Positions 40,115 through 51,430 of a DNA stretch of 64,000 nucleotides are shown here, piece by piece. Under the pieces are notes generated by a model. It saw only the letters and a program-made list of their open reading frames with translations. It ran no database searches and had not been told where the DNA came from. A program made the position numbers and the translations under genes. The DNA comes from Selaginella moellendorffii (taxonomy: Eukaryota; Plantae; Lycopodiophyta): NCBI RefSeq assembly GCF_000143415.4, contig NW_003314336.1, positions 720,853-784,852 of the forward strand, read 5' to 3'. Position 1 is the stretch's first letter. Each line of letters begins with the position of its first letter.

Positions 40115-43100
40115 GTGTAGTGTTCGAACCCGAGGCAATGGCATCACCGAGTAGCTTCTTTTTTGGAGGAGAGTCGGATGTCGGCTTGAGCTTGACCACC
40201 CTTTTCTACTTCGGGGTAGTTTCCAGATCGACCCCCTTCCCCTTCGCTTCGCGAACTGGAGGCACTCTCAACGGCTCAATGTTGGAATATAGTTTTTGAA
40301 CATCGCCGTTGGTGAGGTCCGTGGATTCCATGTGATCTTCATAGACCCGCAGCGTCTTTGAAATTGTAGGCCTCCTGGACAACCTCTCCCTAGCTCCCTC
40401 TAGGATTTCCTCATAGCCGCTGCCCCCCTCCAGGAAGCTGCTAGGATGTGCAAGGTGGATCTTGAAGGTAGACGCTGTCTCTACCACAAGTGTCAGTCCA
40501 TATTCTTGCATGGAACTGCATGGAGTGTCTGTCACTTGGATGAGGATCCTCATGCATTCTTTTCTCCCACCATCTGTGTTGTACAGCCTCAGATCCTCCC
40601 CTTCCATCCCAAAAGTCCAACTGGTGAGCTCCTCCCCCTTCTCTGCATCCACATTGACAGTGGCTGGAAGAAGAACGCAACTCCTCGCCTGTTTAGAAAT
40701 GCACAACAATTAGAGCTGACAGATGAAAAGCTAGCAGCTGGAAATAACGTGAGGCCACACGCCATTCACCACTGCATCAGATGTCTTGAGGCTGCATCCT
40801 AAGATGGCGTGAGGCTACACGCCATCTGTAACCAGACTGCACTCGAGAGCCCAATCGGTGCATGCCAATGTTGCTACTGAATGGCATGTGGCCTCATGCC
40901 ATTTTCTACTTGGCCTAAAAGACTTACCATTTGAAGCCGAATGGAGGCGTGACAACCGGACTCACTGGCGAATGTGCACAGTGTGTGCAGCGGATCGTAG
41001 CAGCAAGGCTACTCTGCCACTTACAGTTGGAGAGTGGCGCTGAAATCTCCCGGGACGCCAAGTGGGCTGCGTGTGGGTGGCGGAGTGGGCGGCAGAGTTG
41101 GCGGCGAAGTTACAAACTGGGTGTGTCTTGAAGTGGACGCCGATGCACACGAGCGCGATGCGAGCGCGAGTGTGATGCAAGCGCGAGTGGACGCCGATGC
41201 ACACAAGAAACCTGTAGAGAAGTGGGAGTGCGAGTGGGAGCGCGATGCGAGCGCGAGTACGAAGCAAAATGCAAAACCTAACCTCACACGCGCGAAATGT
41301 CATGACAGTTGGTAATCCCGCCACATCATCATTCCTCGGACTTGGGCGCCACCATTAATTTCTGGATCGCTGCGCGCATGCGTGAAATCCAAAAGAAATC
41401 CGCAACGTCATCATTCCTCGGACTGCATGCACGCGAAATCCAAAAGAAAGATCATGATTGGGATATCATTTAATACCCTCGCTATATTTATACCATGCAT
41501 GATTGGATATTCCAAAGCATCTTGTATTTCCAAAAATGCCAGATGTTCAGCTAAATAAATTGTCAGAGGATTTGATGTGACGTTCAAGCGTGTGGGCTCA
41601 TGCAATTTTGATCCCAAAAAATGCACCAAAAAATGCTCGGCGTCATCTGGCGTTATCTCTTGAATGGCATGGGGCCGCATGCCATTTTCAGGAGCACATA
41701 GAAGTATATTCCTAGAATATTATGATACGCGCAAGATTCTTTTGAGTTTCCTAGAGATCCAACCGTTAGATCACAACTAGATTTTACAGAATGGTATACA
41801 ATGTCCTTCTTGATGACCCTGCAAAGAAGCATCTTGATCTGACACCACATGAGACCACACGAGCCTTACAATGTTTCAGGGGCATTTGCCATAGATCCGA
41901 CCGTTATTTTGCTCCAAGATTCTACAGTTTGGTGTGCATTGATCTTTCCATCGACACTGCAAAGGGACATCACAATCAGATGTAGGATCACAAGAAACCA
42001 ACTTCACTAACTCTGGTTTCACCAAGATCTACATAAGGAGTTATGAAATGAAAGGACCCTCTCTATTGAAATGTGTTTATGGTCCTAGGGGTGTGACATA
42101 TCAAAGGATTTTGCATCAAGTTCTGTATTTGCATGTTTATCAAGCTACTGAATTGCTAAACCCTAAACCCTAACCCTAAACATGTGGCAAATGCTGCGTG
42201 AAGAAAGATGCCCTTTCTGGGCAAATGCTGTAAGAGGCAGATGCCGAGCAGATGTATCTCAGGCTAGCGAAGGGGACAAACGAAAGCTAGCTATAAACAT
42301 GACGGGATGCAAATAGATTACTAGGCTGGTTCTGCGAAAATCAAAAACCATAATTGAAAACATTGAAAATGCAAAAAGAAAGGTTTATAATATTTTTGAA
42401 TTTTAAGCAACAAAGGAATGTAAGTAGGGCATGTGTTTGTAAGTTTAAAAATGCCTCAACCACTTAAATTCCCAAGTAAATAAAGCTGTTTCTATTTTTG
42501 GTACAGGTAAACTTTATAGCGTGTGGGCTCATGCAATTTTGAACCCAAAAATGCACCAAAAAATGCTCGACTAGCATTATTCTTTGAATGGCATGTGGCC
42601 TTATATTGCCATAAATGGACGTACACACACAACATAATTATTCCTTTACACGGCGAATAATCTTGGCGCGGATCGCTGACATGGCATGGCAAAGTTCGAA
42701 TCACTGACATGGCACAGCTGGATCGAGGCAAGGACATGATGTGACAAAGTTCAACCTCCGACAGCAAAGTCTAGAAGCTACTCAGTTTGAAATTTGTCAG
42801 AGGAATCATAAGATCTGGTTTGTCAGAGGATTTGATGTGACGTTCAAGCGTGTGTTATTTTTGAATTCTCGAACTCATTCCTAGGTCTATCATTTTTGTG
42901 TGCCGTGTTCTTGGTTCCGCTGAGCGCAGTGAGCGCTGCTTGTGTAAGCGGCATTGTGAGCTGTGGTTTATGCGTCTACAAGCGGTTACGGCATTGCGAG
43001 CGCCATTGCGAGCGGCAGTTTATGCGAGTGGCAGTTTGTGCGAGCGGCGCTACGAGTAGTTGCGGTGTTGCGAGCGGCACTATCTTTGGTGTGGTTACCG

Positions 43101-43435
43101 CTTCCTCTTGATATTCGGCACTTGTGCTTCCTGGTATGTTCACCATGGAATGGTTTAGGACCACATTTAGAAATGGCATGAAGCCACATGCCATCTTGGG
43201 CCCTTGCAATTTCATGGCTAGCGTATTGTCATGTATGTTTTTACTTGCCTGCAGCTGTGTGTATATCAAGATGGCATGAGGGCTCATGCCAATTTTGTGA
43301 ATGCGAAATTTCACGTGGGTGTCAATAGCATGTTTGAATAATGGCATGTGGCCTCATGCTATTTGGTACGTTATGATTTAGGCCATTCTCCAATCGTTTT
43401 TTGTATGGTCTTAACTTCTTTTCTGCACTTTCAGA

Positions 43436-45217
43436 ATGGCCTTTAGGGTTGGGGAAAAGGTTTACATTTTGAATGGTGGGAAGAGAGTTGCAAAAGGGAC
43501 CCTTGTGTCTATGGATCGGAACTTTGTTATACACTGTCAAAGGCTTGGGGAAGGCAATGCTGCTGTATCAGTAGAGACTGTCTTCGATGGGAATGTGGTC
43601 GCTATTGAACGAGGAGAGATGGTCGTCGAGGTAAATGTTGTTGTTGCCTTGAAAAATCTGCAGAAGAAAGCAGATGTTGGGGACAGCGCAAGTGCGACGC
43701 ATGTTCCCTCCGTGGATCTTAAGAACCGTGCTACATGGATTCAGGCAAAGGTGTTTCTAAACAACCCCGAGGGGGAGGTGGTAGCTGAGGGCTTAGCCAC
43801 AGTTGTCGATCCAAGAGATGCGGTTGCTAATCAAGAATTGGGCTGGGATGATATTAGAGTTGCGATTTTAGAGGTTGTTGACACAGAAGAAAATAGTCTG
43901 ACTATTGGAAGCATTGTGCGGTGGAAATTGAGGCATTTAGTGTTTGAGAATGTGAAGGATTCACAATCAAACACCACTACAACTGATGACAGAACATCTC
44001 TTCATGGGAAAAGAAAGTACACCTTCCTACAGCGCAGCCAAAGGGATCTGAGCAACGAACCGAAAAGGCAAAAAATGGCGATGGAGGTTCGAATGGTCTC
44101 GACAGTTGCTTGTTGCAAGAGGAGGTGCTGTCAACATGCTGATTGGGATGCTATTGAAGAGGAGAGAGCAAGATACAAGACATTGTCCTGGAAGGCAGCT
44201 CGCAATTTTGTGTATGAAGCATTACGGTCATCTGTTGATGCTTCAGAACATCAGGTGGGGGGCATGGTCTTCCAGAGGGGTTTGGTCTGCATGAAGGCAT
44301 GGAGAATCATTTATGGAGTCCCTCGAAGCACATTCTACAGAATCAAAACTGAGTTCGAGGAACAAAGGGTTCAACAGACAGTCCATGGGAACGACGGTAC
44401 GCACAAAACCAGGGGTCATGTTGTATATGGAGAGGCAATCTTTAAGAGGTTTGTCGAGACATGTAGCGAGTAGCAACCACATAAAACCCGCCTCTTGGAA
44501 GATGGAACACGAGACACCCAACGAGTTCTCCCTTCCATGTATACCAAGGGGGCCATATTGGAAGATGTGAATCGGGAACTCCAGAGTAATGGCTATAGGA
44601 AGCTGAGCCAATCTAGATTTAGTAGATTGTGGAGCAACAGGTTCAGGGATGTGAGTATAGGAAAGTACTCCAGCTTTTCAAAGTGTGACGAGTGCACTGC
44701 TATCAAAATGGCTTTGTCGAAGAATTCTTGTAGTGCTCAAGAGAGAGAGACGTTGGTTAGAAGGCGGCTCAACCACAACATCGAGCAAAGAAGCTGTAGG
44801 ACTACATATTATCATAACAGGATTCTCTCCATGGAGAGACCTGACTCTTACCTCTGCATCATCCACGACAAAATGGACCAGAAAAAGACGTGCTTACCTC
44901 GACTCAATCCTGCCCCCAAGGCAATCTCTTCATCCATGCAGCTGCCTGTGTCTCTGTTTGGCATAATCGCTCATGGGCATGGTGCCCAGAACTATGGGAA
45001 CTTCTTTGTACCTCTATGGGGTGGCGGGGGTGCAAACATGATGATTGCGTCCCTAGCAAAACACTTATGTCGGCTTGTTCACCTTGACAATGAGATTTAT
45101 TATACAACCATATGGACTCAGTCTGGACACAAAGTCACCGCGCTAGTCACCATGCCTCAGATATGTCTAGCCCCTGGACAAAAAACATATAATTTCACGT
45201 CATTTTCAAATACTTGA
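43436..45217 (+). pseudogene. Sola-like DDE transposase, with one in-frame stop (44471-44473) and an apparent 3' truncation
   Basis: CCKRRCC, VCMKAWRIIYGVPRSTFY, FSKCDEC, YLCIIHDKMDQKKTCLP and LFGIIAHG motifs; similarity appears to end at ~45080, ~170 bp before the right TIR; the 4-bp TSD fits Sola. Confidence 0.8.
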
Positions 45218-46734
45218 AAATTTGTACCTAGTCCCATTTTACTGAATAAATCCCACTTTAACGAAATAGAGCTTGTAACATGTTTGGACTAAAAGCTCCA
45301 ACTTGAGGAGTCCAAGATGGATCTAAGATGGAGTCTGAGATGGATCGAGATGGAATCTGAGATGGACCGAGATTGAGTCTGAGATGGACCCAAGATGGAG
45401 TCCGAGATGGACTGAGATGGAGTCCGAGATGGAGTCCGAGAGCACCTAAAGGCAGAAGGTGGGGAGAGTACCCATGGGGCTTGCATAGGGCCACGGTGTT
45501 CCGAAGTGTTGTCCTAGAGTCCCAAACTAGGGAAAGGAGGAGGAGCAGTCCTTTAGTGTAGTGACTAAGGATATGGTCACATGGTGAGGAAGTCCCAAAG
45601 GACAATGGGATTTAGTGGCTAGGCCTACAGGCCTTGATCTAGTGGCAATGTTGGCAAACATGGCCATGGACAGAAAAGGGACTTGGTAAGAATTGACAAA
45701 GGGATATTGGGGAAGGTTATTCGCCATGTCTATAGGCATCCTAAGGATGCTAAGGAGTGGATCTAGGATGACCACTTGTGGACAGATGGCCCAGTCTTGG
45801 AGATCCGGGACTGTGATGCAAGTGGTATTGGACCACCAGTGTGGCAAAGGTGAATGGGCATGGCCTTAGTGTAATGGGCTGATATGTCAGTGGCACCTTT
45901 GGGTGTTAGTCTTGGGACCCGACACGTAGAGCACTTGGACTAAATGTAACAGTTGAGTGGCATGAATGCCATTCTTGGGGGTAGCAAATCCCTAAGTCCG
46001 GAATAGGACTTATGGAGGTTGTGAGTGAGACTCCTCCAAACAGCCAGAGGTGTGGTTAAGTGACTAAAGTAGAATGGAAAATTTAGTCACTTACACCGTG
46101 GTAGCTTGACATCACTCTTTATTTCATCTTTTATGCAAATGGCTCAAAGCTTGGAATTAGTTCTTCACCCAAAGGATTGCCACAATTTTCTAAATGATGC
46201 TGCTCTCTGTACAAAAAAAAGATACTCTCTTCATGAGAGAGTATACACATGACCAAATGACTTGGTAATTTCACATCAAAGAATTAGGTGCTTTTGAACT
46301 GCATATTCTCTCATCGCTGCCTGGTTTCTAAAACTCTTGCAGTGGCAGATGGCATAGTGCTGGCTAGATAGGCAAGAAGAGGAAAGGTATGTGCCTGAAT
46401 TGACAGATAATTTATTTGCTAAGCTTTGAAAACCTCACACAAATCCTGAACAAGAATCCATTTCTAGATAGCATTGGAAGGTTTTAGAGGACTGATGTAA
46501 AAAAAATCGTAAAAGGAGACAAACTCAACCTCTGAAGGTGAAAGATATGATGACTTCACACAAAGAATTTCATTTCAGGCTATTCAATTTCCTGATTCTG
46601 ATGTTTATTTATTCACCTACATTATCTTTGCTACCACATCTGAATGTTTAAACTGGCAGGAGTTACCGAATATGGCAAAAATTTAAAAATAAAGACAACC
46701 TTTTTTATTCTTTTGCTTTCCCCGTTTCCATGAA

Positions 46735-47276
46735 TATCACCACTATACACGATTCTCAAACAAGAAGCTATGTTGAAAATAAAGACACGTTTCCATAAAA
46801 TAAAAAAGCATCACCACTATACATGCAGCTCAGGCAAGAAGCTTTCATGTTGTATCTCCTAAGGACGTGATCAAACCACTACCCAAGATTCTCATAACTA
46901 TTGCAAAATTGTAAAACAGTTTCAAAAGTAAATCTCAGAAACAGAATGGAGCCCTTCTATGCAAGTTCATCATGGCAACATGTGAGATCAGAGCCAACAG
47001 TAAAACTCTCCATCAATGGTAAACTATACCTTGACAAGCTGACAGCGTCTCTATAGGATACCTGGGAGGAGACAAGTTTTGCTTTGGACAAGCAGCAATG
47101 CCTCAAGTAAGCAAAAAGCATCACCACTATTGGCTCAAGCAAGAAGCTTTCCTCTTGCATCTCTTAAGGACCACTACCCAGGATTCTCATTGCCTACCAT
47201 GAATCTTGCAAATTTAACTTTTGCAAAATTGTAAAACAGTCTCAAAAGTAAATCTCAGAAATAGAATAGAGCCCTT
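46735..47276. repeat. Imperfect local direct duplication (~310-320-bp offset)
   Basis: aaaaagcatcaccactat at ~46803 and ~47113; ttgcaaaattgtaaaacagt...gagccctt at 46901 and 47221. Confidence 0.8.
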
Positions 47277-48837
47277 AGAATAACTTCCACAAAGCAAATC
47301 TTCTCAAATCTAAAATCATGTTATCATTAGTATAATGTTCAAATCAAATAAATTTAATCTCAAAGACATGTAATTGTCCAGCAAAAATAGAAATAACACC
47401 TTGGAATGCCACTTAATAATATTCCTCTGCTGTTATATTGAGGCTGTCAATAATTACTAGGACCTACTATGTTCTTGGTGGAACAAGATTGTCCCTGACT
47501 CCCTGCATAAATTTTTGTGCCAAATGTAATTTTTAGCTCACCCTGTTGGTGATGAATCATCTCTTTAGCAGCCTAAGGCATGAGAAGCAATGGTTCAATT
47601 TCATCCCAAAGATCCAGCAGCATAATTTAGCAACACATTTAGCACAACATAGAACTTCATAGTGACAAACTTCAATTCTGTTTATAAATTTTGTAGCAAG
47701 AGTGAATGTACAATTTTTTGTATTGAATTAAACTCAACATTCCCAATCAAGTGTCTGATTATCAAAGTTAATAAGAATTGCCAAATTAATGACAAAATTT
47801 CAATGTTAGTGTTCTCGAAGTTCAAACATGAGCCATTTTTTAAAGTTGGAAATGACTTATTACAATTTTAAATGCTTGATAGGTGTGGATGTCTACTCCA
47901 AAGAAAAAGTCACATCCTGCCGTGCTCACAAACTTGTGCTCACAGATCGCTCTCCATATATATCAGCCTCTCAAACTTATTTGGTGTAGATTGGACATTC
48001 AAGCACACCATGTCCACTGGGGCACAAGCTATTACTTCAGAGTTAATAATTTGGTATGCCAAAGTTTGGTTTTGTTTCTAAGTTTCTCAATTGTCTTACA
48101 AGGTCACCATTACATTCTTGCCTGCCTACTTTAAGCATTTTTTGTTTTGATAACTCACCCATTTGTGCGTTATTTTGACAGAAATATTAGACAGGAAGTT
48201 GTGTCCATGCTTGCTATGAAGCATTCTTTTTTCAAACAAGTCCTACACCCCAGCAAGAATTATTGTGATCCACCTAAACAATAGCTCTTTGAAGAGCTCA
48301 TAAAATTGCAGGTTGAAACAAGGAAAAAAACATGAAGTGCAAGAAATTATAAGCGGTTAACTGAATTTTTGTTGATTCTCCTCACTCCCGAGCAGATCAC
48401 AAACATCGTCATCACCACGGACCAGTCATGCGCATGCTACTTCATGTCTGCGGTGCCATACATGTCCATGCATCCCCTACATCACCACCACCACCGCCGC
48501 CGTGCTTGAGTACATCGCCTCCAACATGAAATCCTCCGCATTTGCAACACCCAATACTCTGATCCAACCATTCTTCAATGACACAAGCTACACATCTAAA
48601 TTCTCTAGGAGCTTGCGGAGCTTGGCATCTTTGCATACAAGATCAACATCCTGCAAAGCATGGACAAGGAGTGACAAGTGTGATCTCGAGTGCTTGCCTC
48701 ACAGTTGTGGTCCTCTCTGGAGCTATGATCTGGTGGCTGCTCAAAATGAAACAACCAAAGTCTATGACTTCCAGGTCAGTTTGCTTAAATATGCATCCAA
48801 AGCTCATCAAATTGCCACCACCCAGGTTGTAAGCTCA

Positions 48838-48920
48838 ACCGACATTGGCATAGATCGTTGGTCCTGGGAGCTCGCCATTAACAGTGATAATGTTCTTTGT
48901 TCTTCCCAGCCGCCTCACTG
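48838..48920 (-). pseudogene. Laccase / multicopper oxidase N-terminal fragment
   Basis: LGRTKNIITVNGELPGPTIYANVG resembles laccase LC.TKSIVTVNGQFPGPTIYAREG. Confidence 0.75.
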
Positions 48921-49016
48921 GCTTCTCATCACAGTAAGGAACACTGGCAAGATGTTGATCCATTGGTGATGAGCAGTCTCAAAATTTCCAAAACATTCTT
49001 TGATCTAATGCTCTTT

Positions 49017-49196
49017 CACAAGTATGGAATCTGGCAATTTAGGAATCCCTGGTTCAATGGCCCGGCTATATCACACAATGTCCTCTCAAGCAAGGCTAAT
49101 AGTTCCTCTACAACTTCACCGTGGATTCACACATGTGAACTCTCTTCTGGCATACACACATCATATGGTTTTGAGCTACTGTCTATGGAGATATTG
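49017..49196 (+). pseudogene. Laccase fragment (copper-binding L1/L2 region)
   Basis: GIWQFRNPWFNGPA/ITQCPLKQG..FLYNFT/TLFWHTHIIWF*ATVYG across frameshifts. Confidence 0.8.
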
Positions 49197-49487
49197 ACAG
49201 CCCAGCATGAACACAATGAAGGGCATTGTGGATCCCAGGGACCGCTTTAGTTGCAAGGGGATCCTTAGAGGAAACTCTACCAGGTAATATAACTGAGGAT
49301 TGATTAGTCTTGATGTGTTGTATTTTGCAGTCTTGCTCTGGCCTTGGAAACTCGCACTTTGACTTGGCTGTGGAAAGTTTTGGTGACAGTGTAGGTAGTG
49401 CAGCAAAACTAGTCTGCAATTCTGAGCTATATTCCTGGTGTTTACCATTGCATAGCTAAATCACGTATTTTTTTATTTTGTTCACTT

Positions 49488-49712
49488 ATGTTATTAATCA
49501 AGTGGCACAATAGGGTGCTGGAAAGACATCTCTAAATTATGCACTGATGGGCCAGGGTGGTGGCATTAGCATGATACTGATGGTTTTTTTCCAGATATGG
49601 AGTGGCATGAAGGCGTTTCATGCAGCATAGGATACATAGATGTGGCAGACATTAACGTGCAGGTAAAAGTTTCTTCCTTACTCGGCTTTGATTGGTCTAC
49701 AGATTGGTTCCA
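49488..49712. repeat. ~220-bp dispersed duplicate, second copy at ~53359-53579
   Basis: Shared tgtta.taatcaagtggcac...caggtaaaa.tttcttccttactcggctttgattgg...attggttccat. Confidence 0.85.
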
Positions 49713-50971
49713 TGCAGAAACCCTCAGTGGCAAAAGACTCCGAGCTACAGCAGCTGCAAAATAAGGTAATGGCCCTTGAGTTAAAGGTCTTCCAATTGCA
49801 AGGAGAAACTGAGAAGCATAAGGGAAGAAAAAGATCAAATAAACTTCTTTCAGTGTAGCATATTATAAAACAATGAACACCAGGCAGTGTGAAATGAACT
49901 GTGAGCTACTATGAGACCCATTTGTCTTTTGGAATGGTTTTATTGAATCTGAAGCATGTGCTGAGTGTCACAAAATAGGTTATCAAAAATACCACCCACA
50001 TCAAAATAAAATTACATGATACTACATAACATTATTTGGCTAGGAATTTGCGTGCTTGACAACACCACCAATCTAACTTATAGCACGTTATGTTACACAG
50101 ATTTGCAGCATTTTGCATTCTCATTGTCTCTGCACCATTTTCAAATTTATAGCCTTTTGCATTCTCCTGATCTATTTTATAGAAGAGGATGTACTGCCAG
50201 AGGCATCGGTCCCTATCAGATCCTAAGAAAGACAGTATAAGAAGCTAAAGATCAAGTGCATGCTTGCTGACTTGATTTTCTGCCAAATCAAAAGGATGGT
50301 GCACAGAATAATGATGTAGTTTTTTGTACACTGCAGCCAAGAATATGTGGCAATCCATGCAACATTCCAGTTGGATGTCGACAGTCTTCCTGCCAGAGAA
50401 CAAAGAAACTATGGTTGTAAATCCAAGAAAAAAGCACTAGATATACTGTCAGCATCCACAATGTCAAAGCACAGTGAGACCAGACTAGATGATAAGCTTG
50501 ATCATTCAGTTGCCACAATACCAAGAGTTCCTATGATAGCGCCAAACTCCCAAAGCTCTGTATGCCAAACCAATCCTTGCTAGGTGATCCCTGCCACAAG
50601 CCAAAAAAAGATAAGGTGTTGTTGCACATCACAAGAACTTATACGGGATTTTCTCACGTGAGGTCATGCAGCATCCATGCAAGCAGCAAGGAGAGCGTGA
50701 AGAGGCTGCAATATGTGATTCTTGCTGATCGGTGAGTGATGCTGCTCGCTAATCCCTCACAAGCCTGGCAAGCGCAAGCCATGCAGCCAGACAAGATGTC
50801 GCCCACATTGCTGGATGCTCCCTGGATCAAGAAGTGAAACCTTGGAATTGGATTACATTGTCCCTTGCTTTAGTTTTTATCAGTGTCTTCTCACTTCTGG
50901 CACTCAAGGAATATATCAGCAGACGGATCTCCAGCGAGGAAGGATCATCCATGGCAATGTGACCCAATCCA

Positions 50972-51430
50972 ATGTGGCAGCATGGCCAGGTCTTCGATGC
51001 CATGCCCAGCCAAAATCTCATCTCCTGGAGTGCTCTCATGCTGGGATACGTGCAGAACGGGGAATCTAAGCTCGTGCTGGGCCTGTTCCAGCAGCCCCAG
51101 CACTGCACCAGTTTGCTGGATTGATCGACTATCCTCGTGGCACTTACTGCCTGCTGGAATCTGGCTATCAAGGGCCAGGATTGCAAGAGCTTGAGAAAGA
51201 GCTATTTAGAGAAGGGGGCAGAAATCCATTGCCTGGATATGAAGAATGGATTGGAAGAAGATATCTTCGTGTCAAGTAGCTTGGTAGATATGTATGTCAA
51301 GTGTGGGAGCTTGAGTCTTGATGGGATTCCATGTAACAATGTGGTGTCTATAGCAAGCATCCTAGAAGACGGCCAGGTCAGGAAACCAATGGTAGCTTTT
51401 GAATTCTTTGTATTGATGCAGCAAGAAGGT
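50972..51430 (+). pseudogene. PLS-class pentatricopeptide repeat (PPR) gene remnant
   Basis: VFDAMPSQNLISWSALMLGYVQNGE...VALTAC...LEKGAEIH...DIFVSSSLVDMYVKCGSL, with stops and deletions. Confidence 0.88.

Larger units (their letters stand above)
34724..40709 (-). pseudogene. Multi-exon transposon cargo gene (roughly 1,600 aa reconstructed): unknown N-terminus, ParB/Srx-like domain, degenerate DNA-MTase-like fold, Lys-rich and acidic linkers, FCP1/NIF-like phosphatase
   Basis: The reading frame is restored by removing Cassandra (39521-40114 plus TSD) and nine 47-57-nt introns; all internal exons are multiples of 3. Lesions: TAG at 40206, 39187 and ~36123, a frameshift near 35523, and one mutated acceptor at 35586. 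True start codon not determined. Confidence 0.78.
30222..43362. repeat. Dispersed 22-bp palindrome ATGGCRTG-N6-CAYGCCAT (at least 22 copies)
   Basis: Starts at 30222, 31288, 32567, 32722, 33015, 33075, 33152 (copy 1) and 34668, 35744, 35819, 37040, 37231, 37372, 38871, 40744, 40804, 40881, 41664, 42588, 43173, 43271, 43341 (copy 2). The copies at 37372 and 42588 have degenerate right arms. Confidence 0.95.
29836..45274 (+). mobile_element. TIR DNA transposon, Sola-like; composite with two left ends and one right end
   Basis: Perfect 24-bp TIR AAGCTCTATTTCGTTAAAGTGGGA (29836-29859; reverse complement at 45251-45274). 4-bp TSD GTAA (29832-29835, 45275-45278). The empty site is visible in the 5' LTR (cgagcataacacgtttgg, ~24322). 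Second left TIR at 34282-34305. Confidence 0.93.
24246..46095 (+). mobile_element. Family-B non-coding LTR retrotransposon; 5' LTR 24246-25780; 3' LTR 29752-29835 + 45279-46095, split by the DNA transposon
   Basis: TG...CA termini; perfect 5-bp TSD CCGTG (24241-24245, 46096-46100); degenerate PBS TGGTATTGGAG at 25784; PPT-like GGGTGGTGGAG before 29752; ~4-kb internal region without a long ORF. Confidence 0.93.

Noticed and set aside
30222-43362. Palindromic repeats as a CRISPR array or as MITEs
   Set aside because: Irregular spacing (60 bp to more than 1 kb), no cas genes, eukaryotic context, and no consistent TSDs around the 22-mers.
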